Below, piece by piece: positions 36,520 to 47,119 of a DNA stretch of 64,000 nt; position 1 is the first letter of the stretch; each line of letters opens with the position of its first letter. Both the position numbers and the translations under genes were made by a program. The DNA is from an uncultured virus (IMG/VR IMGVR_UViG_3300043539_001111) (taxonomy: Duplodnaviria; Heunggongvirae; Uroviricota; Caudoviricetes), in the IMG/VR virus record IMGVR_UViG_3300043539_001111, positions 1-64,000 of that record; one strand, written 5' to 3'. The notes beneath the pieces were generated by a model that worked only from the letters and a program-made list of their open reading frames with translations, did no database searches and was not told the origin of the DNA.

Positions 36520-37369
36520 ATTATCCATTACACACTTCGGTGATGTAAGAAACGATAATGGGTGGTATATCATCCTTAAATAAACCGGGAAACCGGGATA
36601 AAGTGGAATCATTAGTGTTATTGGTTCTGCGGCTTCTGAAAGGGAGCTCGAGTATACAAGTCGGATATCACCTGACCTTCAGTATTGAGGGCAACGCTTT
36701 AGAGAAAGTGGTTGGGTGACCGGGCGATGTGGGTCGTCAGGTTGAGGTGGGAACACCAACAAGAATAACCGATAGGGATTATGTGAGAAATAGGGTCATC
36801 CAACCTTATAATTACGGATTCCAATATCAAAGGGGACTTAAAACCGAAAGGTAAGTTAGAGAACGAGTGGTGTCGCTACTAACCTTACGAAACATCTACC
36901 AAGATGTCAGTTTGAAGTAATCTTAAAATATGAGAGTGGGGACACTCTACCGAGTAGATTAGTATTTTGTTGTTCAAAAGATAACGAAGCTTACGACAGA
37001 CCTCTACTTGGACACATCCACAACACAATTAACTTATAGGACATTTTAAGTAAAACTAAAAAGATACATAAGCAAAAGTGTCTGTCAGGTATCATCGACA
37101 AGGTGACTACATAGTAACGAGCCGTTCGTTGCACAGGATGACCGCAAGTCAGAATGTATTCTTACGAAAAACCTCTACGGAGTCGAATCCGGAGTCAGCC
37201 CGCAAGGTTGAAGAGAGTTGAATAATAAGAGAGTAGATGATATCTCAAGGAGTAATTGGTCTAACCAATTGTCACTGAGGATTACCATTCAAAAGATGGT
37301 GGAAAAGAAGGGAAACAATAATCCTTCCGAAGATTCTTAATAACACGAGTATTCTCATCGTATTAGCCA
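36520..37369 (+). ncRNA. large structured ncRNA, GOLLD-like
   Basis: ~850 nt without an ORF, GC-enriched, many hairpins with GNRA loops, own promoter and terminator, next to tRNA-like genes. Confidence 0.6.
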
Positions 37370-37403
37370 AAAAGGTGTTACAGAAATGTGACACCTTTTT
37401 TTG
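37369..37403 (+). terminator. terminator of the large ncRNA
   Basis: AAAAAGGTGTTACA-GAAA-TGTGACACCTTTTT. Confidence 0.85.
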
Positions 37404-37434
37404 TTTATACCAATTTTTATATTATCTTTGTCCT

Positions 37435-37872
37435 ATGAAAAAATCAATTAACATAGTCAATAAGAAAGCCAAGTTTGAGTATTCATTCTTAGAAACCCTA
37501 ATTGTGGGAATCAAATTAGTTGGTTCAGAGGTGAAGTCCATCCGTCAAGGAAAGGTCTCCATATCTGAAGGGTATTGTTATTTTAATGATGGGGAATTGT
37601 TTATAAAGGGAATGAACATCTCCGATTATGGTTATGGGTCATTCCATGAAACAGTTAAAGATAGAAAACTATTGGCCAAGAAAAAAGAACTAAATAAGTT
37701 GGAACGTGAGTTAATAAACGGGACAACCATCATTCCTTATCGTGTCTTCATAAATGACACCGGATTGGTTAAGATGGAGATTGCTCTCGCCAAAGGAAAA
37801 AAACTCCACGATAAACGAGATAGTATTAAATCTCGGGATATTGAAAGAGATATGAAAAGGGACTTGAAATAG
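37435..37872 (+). CDS. smpB: SsrA-binding protein SmpB
   Basis: NKKAKFEY, GIKLVGSEVKSIRQG, RKLL, LAKGKKLHDKR. Confidence 0.95.
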   Translation: MKKSINIVNKKAKFEYSFLETLIVGIKLVGSEVKSIRQGKVSISEGYCYFNDGELFIKGMNISDYGYGSFHETVKDRKLLAKKKELNKLERELINGTTIIPYRVFINDTGLVKMEIALAKGKKLHDKRDSIKSRDIERDMKRDLK

Positions 37873-37897
37873 TTCCTTTTTTTATTATAATTAAATT

Positions 37898-38290
37898 ATG
37901 AATTTATTAATACCTACTAAAATAGAAATTAAACCCTCACCAGGAAAAGGAATGGGGGTCTTTGCTATTGACGTTATTCAAAAAGATGAGGTAATTGAAG
38001 AATGTCATTTAGTAAAATTACCCACAAAAAAATGGGAAAAATCAAAACTACTTGATGATTATAGATTTTGTTATCCTCAAGGACCAAATTGGGAAGAATA
38101 TGTGATTCCATTAGGTTATGGGTGTATATATAATCATTCAGATACAAATAATGCTATGTGGAGAAATCATCCAACAAAAAGAGCATTCCAATTTTATGCT
38201 TTACAAACAATCCAACCCGGTGAAGAAATTTGTACAAATTATGGTGATGGTTATTTATGGGGTGGGGGTCACCAAGAAGTTAAAATGTAA
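37898..38290 (+). CDS. SET-domain protein (lysine methyltransferase-like)
   Basis: GKGMGVFA, YNHSDTNN, IQPGEEICTNYG. Confidence 0.85.
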   Translation: MNLLIPTKIEIKPSPGKGMGVFAIDVIQKDEVIEECHLVKLPTKKWEKSKLLDDYRFCYPQGPNWEEYVIPLGYGCIYNHSDTNNAMWRNHPTKRAFQFYALQTIQPGEEICTNYGDGYLWGGGHQEVKM

Positions 38291-38335
38291 TAAAATTATC
38301 AGTTCAAATAAACAAATAAATAAAACACAGAAATT

Positions 38336-38668
38336 ATGATTATAGGAATGTTTTTAGGTATGGTTATGGTTCTCGGGATACTGGGGGTTATAGTTGTGGT
38401 TAGGATGTATTCAAACATCAAAAAATTAAAAGGATTGGTTAGAACTCAACAAGAAATAATAAATAATATTTATTTAAGAATAGATGAGGTAGACCAAATG
38501 ATTAACCGTCGTATTGATGGTGAGATTGATAGAACAAATAAATTAAATGAAACAACGAATAGACATATTACGACTCATATTGACGAAATATATAGATTTG
38601 TTGATTCAAGATTAGATAAATTAACGAATAAATTGAATCCAAGTAAAAAGGATTTATTACAAGATTAA
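38336..38668 (+). CDS. membrane-anchored coiled-coil protein
   Basis: N-terminal TM, heptad-like C-terminus. Confidence 0.7.
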   Translation: MIIGMFLGMVMVLGILGVIVVVRMYSNIKKLKGLVRTQQEIINNIYLRIDEVDQMINRRIDGEIDRTNKLNETTNRHITTHIDEIYRFVDSRLDKLTNKLNPSKKDLLQD

Positions 38669-38723
38669 AAAATAAACTTTGAACTGATAATAAAAAAACC
38701 CATCATATGATGGGTTTTTCTTT

Positions 38724-39119
38724 TGGTGGAGGTAGAGGCTTCGAAGCCTCGTGTTGCTCACCCTAAGTGTTCAGGACTACACGTTTAGGACATTGTTTAA
38801 GCTAACAATCCGAAATTTCACAATTCCCTTATTTTTGAGTGGTTCGGTTTATTGAGAACTAATCCTCCACTTGTACCTTTTCGGATAGGTACCACACCTT
38901 TGTAAAAGCTTCTGTTCCTAGGCGTAATGCTCACCGGCCCGAATGTGTGTTTGCTTACGCTACGTTCACAAGCTCGTCTTGACGTACAAGACCTACTAGA
39001 GCCATTTTGTTTAAAATGTTGCCATTTATAATTTTGTCATCCATAGATTTAAGTGATAGGAAACTTCTCACTACGTGCCCCAAATAAGTAGATATGCCAG
39101 TCAATACCATTTTACCCCC
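38724..39119 (-). ncRNA. ssrA: tmRNA; predicted tag GNILNKMALVGLVRQDELVNVA* at 39023..38955
   Basis: 5' GGGGGTAAAATGGTATTGAC, 3' CTCCACCA with G3.U, ~396 nt, smpB nearby. Confidence 0.9.
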
Positions 39120-39196
39120 ATATTTTGATACCACAAAGATAATACATTTTTGGATAAATCCAAATAAAATTATATTTATTATTAAAATAAATATCA

Positions 39197-40564
39197 ATGC
39201 CTGACACAAAGGATTTTCACGGGATGAAAAATATATTATTAGATAATGAAGATTGGATGGTTGTAGACCCATTGGACTACGATTCCTTTGTTTATTACGC
39301 ACCGGAAAACTATAAAGACAGATGGAATCAATTTAAAGAGGGGGACACTTATTTTATTATAGATAAAAATAAGGAACCAATTCAAACATCAGTTATTCAT
39401 AAAACACAAGATAATAAAATAGAATATTATGGTGGTGAAGCAACCAGACACAGAGAATTAAATAGAAGTGAATTTGAATCCGATTTACCGGATGAGGTTA
39501 AATCCGTTGTTGATAATATTGTGGGTCAATCAGATGTTTACAAATTACTATTGGATGTTAAAAACGGAGAAAAAGTAACGTCTAATCAAATGCAAAGAGC
39601 TGACGACCTTGTTTGGAAGTTCATATATAATGAGAAAAATCCAACTAAAAGTATGGTTAAACTTCAGTTTGATGATATGGAGGATTATTTAAAATTATTT
39701 GATATTGACGAATACGATATTCCTTTTGCGGAATCGGTTTATTCTTATTATGATGGAGCCAATTTTATTGATTATGACCACGGATATAATGAATGGAATG
39801 AAGGATATCTTTTATATCAATTTTCAGATGACAATTTAACTAAATTAAAACAAATACTTCGACTTATTAGTCCATCTACCGCTAAATTAGATACTGATGA
39901 AGACAAAGAACAATCTAGTAAATTATTAGAGAAAATGTTTCCAAATGAGGTTGATTACATTATTACTGATTGGACTGACGAAGAAAATGCTAGTAGAAAT
40001 AATGGTGCCAAAGAATGGATTGAGGGTGACGTGTGTGATTATTTTTCTAATTATGGTTTAATTAGACAAGATTGTTTTAGACAGTATTACACCACTGTGA
40101 GTATATTATTATCTTTATATAACAACGTTGGAGATAAAACATTATCTTTACGAGAAGTGTTAAAAAATATTGGTCATAGAGATAGTAATATTGGCGGATG
40201 GGATGAGAATAGGTGGGAAATTGATAGTGTCAGCTTTGATGAAAAATCATTCAATGAATCTGTGGAAAGACAACTTGATAAAATCTTTGAAAAAATAGAA
40301 GATTCTGATGAATTTATTGATGTTTATGAATACTCTAATATATTCAATAGAATTACTAAAAATTATCATCTTAACAACAGATATGAAACTAAATCAGGTA
40401 GAGAGTTTTTTATTAGAAAAATCGACCCGGCAACAAATAAAATTGTTGTTCAAGTGTTTAAAAAAGATGGTGGTGGATTGGAAGATAGAAGTTACACCGA
40501 AGAAGAATTTAATAACTTTTTAGTTTCTCCCGAGTTATTTGAAGGGTTTATTAGAATAAACTAA
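39197..40564 (+). CDS. hypothetical protein (455 aa)
   Basis: long ORF. Confidence 0.75.
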   Translation: MPDTKDFHGMKNILLDNEDWMVVDPLDYDSFVYYAPENYKDRWNQFKEGDTYFIIDKNKEPIQTSVIHKTQDNKIEYYGGEATRHRELNRSEFESDLPDEVKSVVDNIVGQSDVYKLLLDVKNGEKVTSNQMQRADDLVWKFIYNEKNPTKSMVKLQFDDMEDYLKLFDIDEYDIPFAESVYSYYDGANFIDYDHGYNEWNEGYLLYQFSDDNLTKLKQILRLISPSTAKLDTDEDKEQSSKLLEKMFPNEVDYIITDWTDEENASRNNGAKEWIEGDVCDYFSNYGLIRQDCFRQYYTTVSILLSLYNNVGDKTLSLREVLKNIGHRDSNIGGWDENRWEIDSVSFDEKSFNESVERQLDKIFEKIEDSDEFIDVYEYSNIFNRITKNYHLNNRYETKSGREFFIRKIDPATNKIVVQVFKKDGGGLEDRSYTEEEFNNFLVSPELFEGFIRIN

Positions 40565-40606
40565 TAAAATCTTTAATATTGTCATATTTTATATTATCTT
40601 TGTTGA

Positions 40607-41428
40607 ATGGATAGAGATTATGAATTATTAAAAGAAGTTTTGTCAGTTCCGACAAAAACATATCAAGAAGACCTTATGGTTGAGTTTCTAATCAAATGGT
40701 TAGAAGACAATGGGATTCCATTTAATATGGATGAGCATAATAATATTTATGCGGTTAAACAAACCGATGAATTTATTGAATATTTCCCTTGTGTGATTGC
40801 TCATACCGACACGGTCCACTCTTTGGATAACATTATTATTCGTGAGGAAACATTACCTAACGAACAAAAAGTTTTAAAACCATCCCTAAAAGCGTATAAT
40901 CATTTTGGACACCCAACAGGTATTGGTGGTGACGATAAATGTGGGGTTTTTGCTTGTTTGGAATTATTAAAAGAATTACCAAATTTAAAAGCGGCATTCT
41001 TTGTATCAGAAGAAACCGGATGTCATGGTTCTAAAAAGGCCGACCCAAATTTCTTTTTAAATGTTGGTTATGGTATTCAGTTTGATGCTCCGGGAAATGT
41101 TATGGTTAGTGAATATTGTATGGGAACACAATTGTTTGAAAGAGATAGTGAATTTTTTAAAATTTGTGATGTAGCATTAAACGAAGGGTTTAACGGTAGA
41201 CATGACTATCAATCTCACCCATATACAGATGTTTACGCATTAAAGAATATCTTTGATTTCTCCTGTATCAATTTTGCGATAGGTTATTACAACTATCACA
41301 CCCCAAATGAGTATGTTGTTGTCGAAGATGTTTATAGTGGAATAGAGACCGGTAAAAAGATGATTGAGGGGTTAGGATATAAGAAGTATCCGTTTAAAGT
41401 TGATAGTAAATATTTTAAATTGTTTTAA
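40607..41428 (+). CDS. M20/M28-family metallopeptidase
   Basis: AHTDTVH, GGDDKCG, SEETG, GYYNYHT. Confidence 0.85.
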   Translation: MDRDYELLKEVLSVPTKTYQEDLMVEFLIKWLEDNGIPFNMDEHNNIYAVKQTDEFIEYFPCVIAHTDTVHSLDNIIIREETLPNEQKVLKPSLKAYNHFGHPTGIGGDDKCGVFACLELLKELPNLKAAFFVSEETGCHGSKKADPNFFLNVGYGIQFDAPGNVMVSEYCMGTQLFERDSEFFKICDVALNEGFNGRHDYQSHPYTDVYALKNIFDFSCINFAIGYYNYHTPNEYVVVEDVYSGIETGKKMIEGLGYKKYPFKVDSKYFKLF

Positions 41429-41491
41429 TAAAAAAAGAGGACTTAATGTTCTCTTTTTTTTTCGATATATTTATAATAAAAAGATAACGAT

Positions 41492-41914
41492 ATGAAAAAT
41501 TTATTTAATGACATTTCTCAAGATGAGAAAAATAGAATCCTTGAGATGCACTCAGGTAAAAAAAATGTAATTTCTGAACAGGGAGTACCAACTCCTACTC
41601 CTAAAAAAGAAAAAAAGGTAACACCTCAAATGTTAGACTCAGTTTTGAGAAAACTTAATTATTCGATAGAAACAGGGGGTTCTGAATTAAAATTTATGAA
41701 AAATATACCTGAAAAAAAATTAACGTTATTTGTTACTTTTAATCCTGATTATGCTATTGTTAAAACCAAAAAAGTTAAAGAACCTAGTCAGGTAGGAACT
41801 AAAGATAAAATTCACGGAATGGGATTAGCAATTGAACCTAAAAAGTTTCCTTTATTGTCAAAACCTAATATTTTACAAGAATTTGAAAGGTTTCTTATGA
41901 GTTTTGAAAAATAA
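41492..41914 (+). CDS. putative internal head protein, MKNLFNDISQDEKNRILEMH family
   Basis: first ~29 codons nearly identical to 6248. Confidence 0.65.
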   Translation: MKNLFNDISQDEKNRILEMHSGKKNVISEQGVPTPTPKKEKKVTPQMLDSVLRKLNYSIETGGSELKFMKNIPEKKLTLFVTFNPDYAIVKTKKVKEPSQVGTKDKIHGMGLAIEPKKFPLLSKPNILQEFERFLMSFEK

Positions 41915-41934
41915 TTTAATATAAAAAAAGAGGA

Positions 41935-43980
41935 CTAATTGTCCTCTTTTTTCTTTCTTGTCTTTTTGGTAGGTTCTGTTTTGACCACCACTTCTTTCTC
42001 TACGGATACAAGGGTGTATGGAACACCCTCCACCATATTTCCTTTGATAATCTCTTCAGATACAAAATCCTCAATCTTATCTTGGATAGCTCTTTTGATT
42101 GGTCTTGCCCCGTAGGTTTCATCAAATCCAACTTCAGAGATTAGTTCTAAAATACTTTCATCAAATGTTATGTTATATTTCAATCCAACCAATCTTTTAG
42201 ATAGTTTGTCCAATTCCAATTTAACGATTTTCTTAACGTCTTCTTTAACCAAAGAGTTAAAGATAACAACCTCATCAATTCTGTTTAAGAATTCCGGAGT
42301 AAAGAATTTCTTAAGTTCTTTTTTAAGTGTCTCACGTTTGTATTCTTCTTCTACATAAGAACTAGCTCCTGTTTTAAAACCAACCCCTGAACCAAAATCT
42401 TGTAATTTTTTAGCTCCAACATTTGATGTCATAATGATGACACAATTTTTGAAGTTAATCTTTCTCCCCATACCATCGGTAAGGTGACCATCGTCTAATA
42501 CTTGAAGAAGTGTTGAAAAGATATCTTTGTTTGCTTTCTCAATTTCATCAAATAGAATTACAGAATAAGGTTTGTTTTTCACTTGTTCGGTTAATTGTCC
42601 ACCTTCATCGTATCCAACGTATCCCGGAGGTGCTCCAATTAATCTTGAAATGGTGTGTTTTTCTTGGTACTCGGACATATCCACACGAATCATATTATCT
42701 TCGCTACCGAACATTTGTTTCGCTAGTTGTTTTGCCAAGTATGTTTTACCAACACCTGTTGAACCTAAAAAGATGAATGAACCGATTGGTTTGTTCGGGT
42801 CTTTAATACCAATTCTGTTTCTACGGATTGATTTTGCAATCTTTGAAACTGCTTCAGATTGTCCAATAACTTTATCAGATAGATTTGTTTCCATCTCTGA
42901 CAATAGTTTGGTTTCATCAGCATTTAATTTGGTAACTGGAATTTTTGTCATATTGGAAACCACTTCATAAACTAAATCCAAAGTGATTTCTTTTTTGTGT
43001 GTAAGAAGTTCTTCTTCAAACTTTTTCTTTTCAGCTTCAAGTTTGGTTAAGATACGTTTTTCTTTATCACGTAGGTTTGCCGCCTCCTCGTATCGTTGTT
43101 GTTTTACTACATCAATTTTTTCTTGTTTAATGTTTGACGCTTGAAGTTTCAATTTTTCAATTGAATCTGGCATTTTCACATCTACCTGACTTCTCGCTCC
43201 AACCTCATCAATAATGTCGAATCCTTTGTCCGGGAATTCTCTATCTGTGATATAACGGTCTGCTAAATCAACACATACAGACAATACTTCATCAGTATAA
43301 GTTACCTTGTGGTAGTTCTCGTATTTGTCTTTTACATTTTTAAGGATGATTAATGTCTCTTCTTTGGTTGCAGCATCCACAACAACTTTTTGGAAACGTC
43401 TTTCTAACGCTCCGTCTTTCTCAAAGTTTTTTCTGTATTCATCCAAAGTGGTTGCCCCAACACATTGAATCTCTCCACGAGCAAGTGCTGGTTTGAAGAT
43501 ATTCGACGCGTCCATTGAACCTGATGAATTACCTGCTCCAACGATTGTGTGGATTTCGTCAATGAATACAATGATGTTTGGTTCGTTTTGAAGTTCTTCG
43601 ATAATGACTTTCATTCTTTCTTCAAATTGTCCACGATATTTTGTTCCCGCAACAATTGATGTCATATCTAATGACACAATTCTTTTGTCCATTAAGTTTC
43701 TTGGACAATCCCCATTATAAATCATAATGGCAAGACCTTCAACAATTGCGGTTTTACCACAACCAGGTTCACCAATAATAATTGGGTTATTTTTCTTTCT
43801 ACGTGAAAGGATTTGTGCAATTCGAGTGATTTCTCTTTCTCTACCAACCACCGGGTCAAGTTTACCCTCTTCGGCAAGTTTTATTAAATCTCTACTAAAA
43901 TTGTCTAATACGGGAGTTGATGAATCAGTTTTAACTGCTTTATTTCCACCGTTACTTCCACCATCCATAGATTCTGTCAT
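41935..43980 (-). CDS. ClpC/ClpB-like AAA+ ATPase lacking the N-terminal Clp-repeat domain
   Basis: two Walker A motifs ([16 protein letters not shown]), UVR-type middle domain, GARP. Confidence 0.9.
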   Translation of the reverse strand: MTESMDGGSNGGNKAVKTDSSTPVLDNFSRDLIKLAEEGKLDPVVGREREITRIAQILSRRKKNNPIIIGEPGCGKTAIVEGLAIMIYNGDCPRNLMDKRIVSLDMTSIVAGTKYRGQFEERMKVIIEELQNEPNIIVFIDEIHTIVGAGNSSGSMDASNIFKPALARGEIQCVGATTLDEYRKNFEKDGALERRFQKVVVDAATKEETLIILKNVKDKYENYHKVTYTDEVLSVCVDLADRYITDREFPDKGFDIIDEVGARSQVDVKMPDSIEKLKLQASNIKQEKIDVVKQQRYEEAANLRDKEKRILTKLEAEKKKFEEELLTHKKEITLDLVYEVVSNMTKIPVTKLNADETKLLSEMETNLSDKVIGQSEAVSKIAKSIRRNRIGIKDPNKPIGSFIFLGSTGVGKTYLAKQLAKQMFGSEDNMIRVDMSEYQEKHTISRLIGAPPGYVGYDEGGQLTEQVKNKPYSVILFDEIEKANKDIFSTLLQVLDDGHLTDGMGRKINFKNCVIIMTSNVGAKKLQDFGSGVGFKTGASSYVEEEYKRETLKKELKKFFTPEFLNRIDEVVIFNSLVKEDVKKIVKLELDKLSKRLVGLKYNITFDESILELISEVGFDETYGARPIKRAIQDKIEDFVSEEIIKGNMVEGVPYTLVSVEKEVVVKTEPTKKTRKKKEDN

Positions 43981-44092
43981 AATTAATTGTTTTATTTAAG
44001 TATAAGGGTTATTTTCACTTTTTCAAATGATTGGAACAAAAGTAATGCAAATATTTGAATGGACAAAACAAATTTAAATTATATTTATTGAA

Positions 44093-44425
44093 ATGGAACA
44101 TAAAAAACATTGGATGAAATATATTGACACGTTAGGTGTTGATAATGAGTTGTCTCAAACTTATTACAATTTACGTAAGGCGTTTAAACGTGAGGGGTGG
44201 ACCGAAGAAGATTTGAAAAGTCCCCCATATTATCCGACTGATATAATGAGAAATTTTCAAAAATTTTCAGATTTAAGAAATGAAGTGTTTTTTGAAATAA
44301 AAAGTTTTTTCGGTGATGTTGACCATAATGAGTTTAGTGATTATCTTATGGATAAACTAAAAATAATCGACTTAAAAACACCTTTAGATAATGGCGATAA
44401 AAAAAGAAATAATAGACGGGACTAA
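44093..44425 (+). CDS. hypothetical protein
   Basis: ORF track. Confidence 0.65.
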   Translation: MEHKKHWMKYIDTLGVDNELSQTYYNLRKAFKREGWTEEDLKSPPYYPTDIMRNFQKFSDLRNEVFFEIKSFFGDVDHNEFSDYLMDKLKIIDLKTPLDNGDKKRNNRRD

Positions 44426-44633
44426 AATCATCAATGAGATTGAGTCAACAAACATCGTAAGAACTGAATACGATACTACTACAAAAAAAATGATTGCTGA
44501 ATTTAAAAATGGGGCTAAATATGAATATGAAGATGTACCTCATAATGTTTATACCAAATTTAGATTGGCGGAATCTCAAGGAAAATACTTCACCACAGAT
44601 ATATCTAAAAAATTCAAATACAAAAAAGTATAA
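44391..44633 (+). CDS. KTSC-domain protein
   Basis: ESTNI..EYD..EFKNGAKYEYEDVP..AESQGKYF. Confidence 0.85.
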   Translation: MAIKKEIIDGTKIINEIESTNIVRTEYDTTTKKMIAEFKNGAKYEYEDVPHNVYTKFRLAESQGKYFTTDISKKFKYKKV

Positions 44634-44663
44634 CAATTATACTTATTTAAGTATTTATTGTTA

Positions 44664-45443
44664 ATGAGTAATTTAAAAAGTATATTATCTAGCTTTCATC
44701 TACAAGATGAGTTAAATCCTAAAATTTGGGAACTACCTAATGAAAGGTATATGTCCGACCCAAAAGGTCAGGATGAAATCATGGTGCCAAAGGTTAGAGA
44801 ACGTCTACTTCAAATTGCTTACGAATTTATTGACTTTATTGGTGTGGATATGGTTGTGGACGATGTTGTTATGACCGGTTCATTAGCAAACTACAATTGG
44901 TCAAAATATTCTGATATTGACCTACACATTCTTGTTGACTTCAAACAATTCTCGGAAAAAGAATTACCTTTATACGAAGAACTATTCCGATTAAAGAAAA
45001 CATTATATAACGATAAACATAATATTACCATTTTTGGTTATGATGTTGAATTGTATGTTCAGGATACAAGTGAACCTCACACTAGTAGTGGAGAGTATTC
45101 TGTATTGATGGATGAGTGGATAACTAAACCAAAAAAAGAAGATGTTGAGATTGACACAACGTTAATTAAAACTAAATCTGAAGAATGGATGAAAATGATT
45201 GATGATGTAATCAATGATGCTGAAGATGAGGATTCGTTAGAAACTTCTAAAGAAATTATAAATAAATTTAAAGATAAACTTAAAAAATACAGAACACGAG
45301 GTTTAGAAGATGGGGGGGAATTCTCAAATGAAAACTTGGTTTTTAAAGTTTTAAGACGAAATGGTTATATTCAAAAACTATTTGATTTTCAAACAAAACA
45401 CTCAGATAAAAATCTTTCTTTGAAAGAAAGGTATATATATTAA
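44664..45443 (+). CDS. Pol-beta-superfamily nucleotidyltransferase
   Basis: TGSLANYNWSKYSDIDLH, DVELYVQD. Confidence 0.8.
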   Translation: MSNLKSILSSFHLQDELNPKIWELPNERYMSDPKGQDEIMVPKVRERLLQIAYEFIDFIGVDMVVDDVVMTGSLANYNWSKYSDIDLHILVDFKQFSEKELPLYEELFRLKKTLYNDKHNITIFGYDVELYVQDTSEPHTSSGEYSVLMDEWITKPKKEDVEIDTTLIKTKSEEWMKMIDDVINDAEDEDSLETSKEIINKFKDKLKKYRTRGLEDGGEFSNENLVFKVLRRNGYIQKLFDFQTKHSDKNLSLKERYIY

Positions 45444-45455
45444 TAAATAAAAATT

Positions 45456-46520
45456 ATGGGAAAAAAAATTATAAAACTAACAGAATCAGAATTATACAAT
45501 TTAGTTAAAAAAGTTCTTCAAGAACAAGAAGAAAAAGAAGAAGAAATTGATGAATCTTTTTATAAATTAGGAAGTGAATTTTATTTTAAAATTAATCAAA
45601 ATTACTTATATTCAATTGTTGATGTTGCTGATGGACAACAGTGGAAATATGTAAATGGTGATTTATATAATTTTAAAGTTAATTATAAAACAAAAGAATT
45701 AGTTTCAGATTATGGTTGGGGTTTAAATTTTGAACTTACTGACAAATATTGGCCTGACCTTTATTCATCTTCGGTAGGTGGTGAGCCTTTAGTACCATTA
45801 CAAAATGCTAATATGGATTATAAATTTGTTGCAATGGCACCAAATGACCGAAGACTCCCATCTCCAACCGACAAATCAAAGGTTGGTTCACCAACACTTT
45901 ACACTGCAAAGATAATAAAACAAGACTTAAGTTTATTAAAGGGTAGATATGAAGAATCTAAAGATGATACAATATCTCCGGTAATGTATGTTAAAAAAGG
46001 AGGATATGGAATTTTAATACAATTGTTTCCTGGTGCTAGTGCTAAATATTTTTCAAATAAACCTACACCTGAAACACCTGAAGACACACCAGAAGATACA
46101 CCATTTGAATTAAATATTGAAAGTCCATTTAGATTTAATGAGACTAATTTAACAGATGAGGCTAAACAAGAATTTAAAGATTTTATCAAATCAATTAAAA
46201 CTAATTATTCTGATGCTACAGGAGATGTAGAAGTAATATCATCAGCATCTATCGATGAAGACCCTGAAGGTAAACTTAAAACAGGTCAAAAAAGAAAAGA
46301 TTATAATATGGATTTATCTAAAAAAAGAGCAGAAACAATTGCTTCACTTCTTAAAAATAGTTTACCGGGAATTAAATTAAATTTTATACCTAAAGGTATT
46401 GGAGAAACTGACCAATTTGCTAAGGGTAAAAAATGGCCTGACGTAACAGATGAAAATCAAACGGCACCTAATAGAAGATTAATTATTAAACTTCCACAAA
46501 TAACTAAAAAAGGGTCTTAA
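45456..46520 (+). CDS. protein with C-terminal OmpA-like domain and head-protein-type N-terminus
   Basis: FRFNETNL..YNMDLSKKRAE..GIGET..NRR. Confidence 0.75.
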   Translation: MGKKIIKLTESELYNLVKKVLQEQEEKEEEIDESFYKLGSEFYFKINQNYLYSIVDVADGQQWKYVNGDLYNFKVNYKTKELVSDYGWGLNFELTDKYWPDLYSSSVGGEPLVPLQNANMDYKFVAMAPNDRRLPSPTDKSKVGSPTLYTAKIIKQDLSLLKGRYEESKDDTISPVMYVKKGGYGILIQLFPGASAKYFSNKPTPETPEDTPEDTPFELNIESPFRFNETNLTDEAKQEFKDFIKSIKTNYSDATGDVEVISSASIDEDPEGKLKTGQKRKDYNMDLSKKRAETIASLLKNSLPGIKLNFIPKGIGETDQFAKGKKWPDVTDENQTAPNRRLIIKLPQITKKGS

Positions 46521-46535
46521 AGACCCTTTTTTTTA

Positions 46536-46925
46536 TTAAAATATTTTAATGGTGATAGTTTTTTTCTCTGTAGTATTATCGTCAAAACAAAAAACCATAA
46601 CGTATTTATTAAGTTTTAATAGATTTTCATTATAATTAAGTGATTTTAATGTAACTACTCCAGTTTTTTTCTCTAAAATATATGTGTATTCTGAATGAGA
46701 GTAATTATGATGTAAATTGTCAGATAACTCAAATTCCCCAAAAAATTTAACAGCGGATAATTTAGTGATATCTAATTTGTAGGTATCCATTAATAATTTA
46801 ACTGATATGGAATCTCGTGTAAACACTTTATCTAATTCATAATATTTACCGGCTTTTATTGCATGTTGACCAAAAGATAAACTTGAAATAAAAATAAAAA
46901 GAATAATGGTGATTAATTTTTTCAT
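46536..46925 (-). CDS. secreted protein (signal peptide)
   Basis: MKKLITIILFIFISSLSFGQ. Confidence 0.7.
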   Translation of the reverse strand: MKKLITIILFIFISSLSFGQHAIKAGKYYELDKVFTRDSISVKLLMDTYKLDITKLSAVKFFGEFELSDNLHHNYSHSEYTYILEKKTGVVTLKSLNYNENLLKLNKYVMVFCFDDNTTEKKTITIKIF

Positions 46926-47119
46926 ATCTGTTGATGTTTTAATATTTATACAAAGATAATATTTTTTTTTTAATTCACAACTATTTATAAATAAAATTCG
47001 TTGATATAAATCTTTTTTAAATAAAAAATAGGTATTATCAATAATAAACCTGTCGGGATTACAACATTTTTGATTCCGAATATATTTATATATAAAATAA
47101 TTTTATAAAAAATTAACAA

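Noticed and set aside
36520..37369. rRNA or group I/II intron
   Set aside because: No recognisable rRNA signature, no interrupted host gene, and it has its own promoter and terminator.
38955..39302. 115-aa minus-strand ORF
   Set aside because: It overlaps tmRNA; only its last 22 codons are the likely tag frame.
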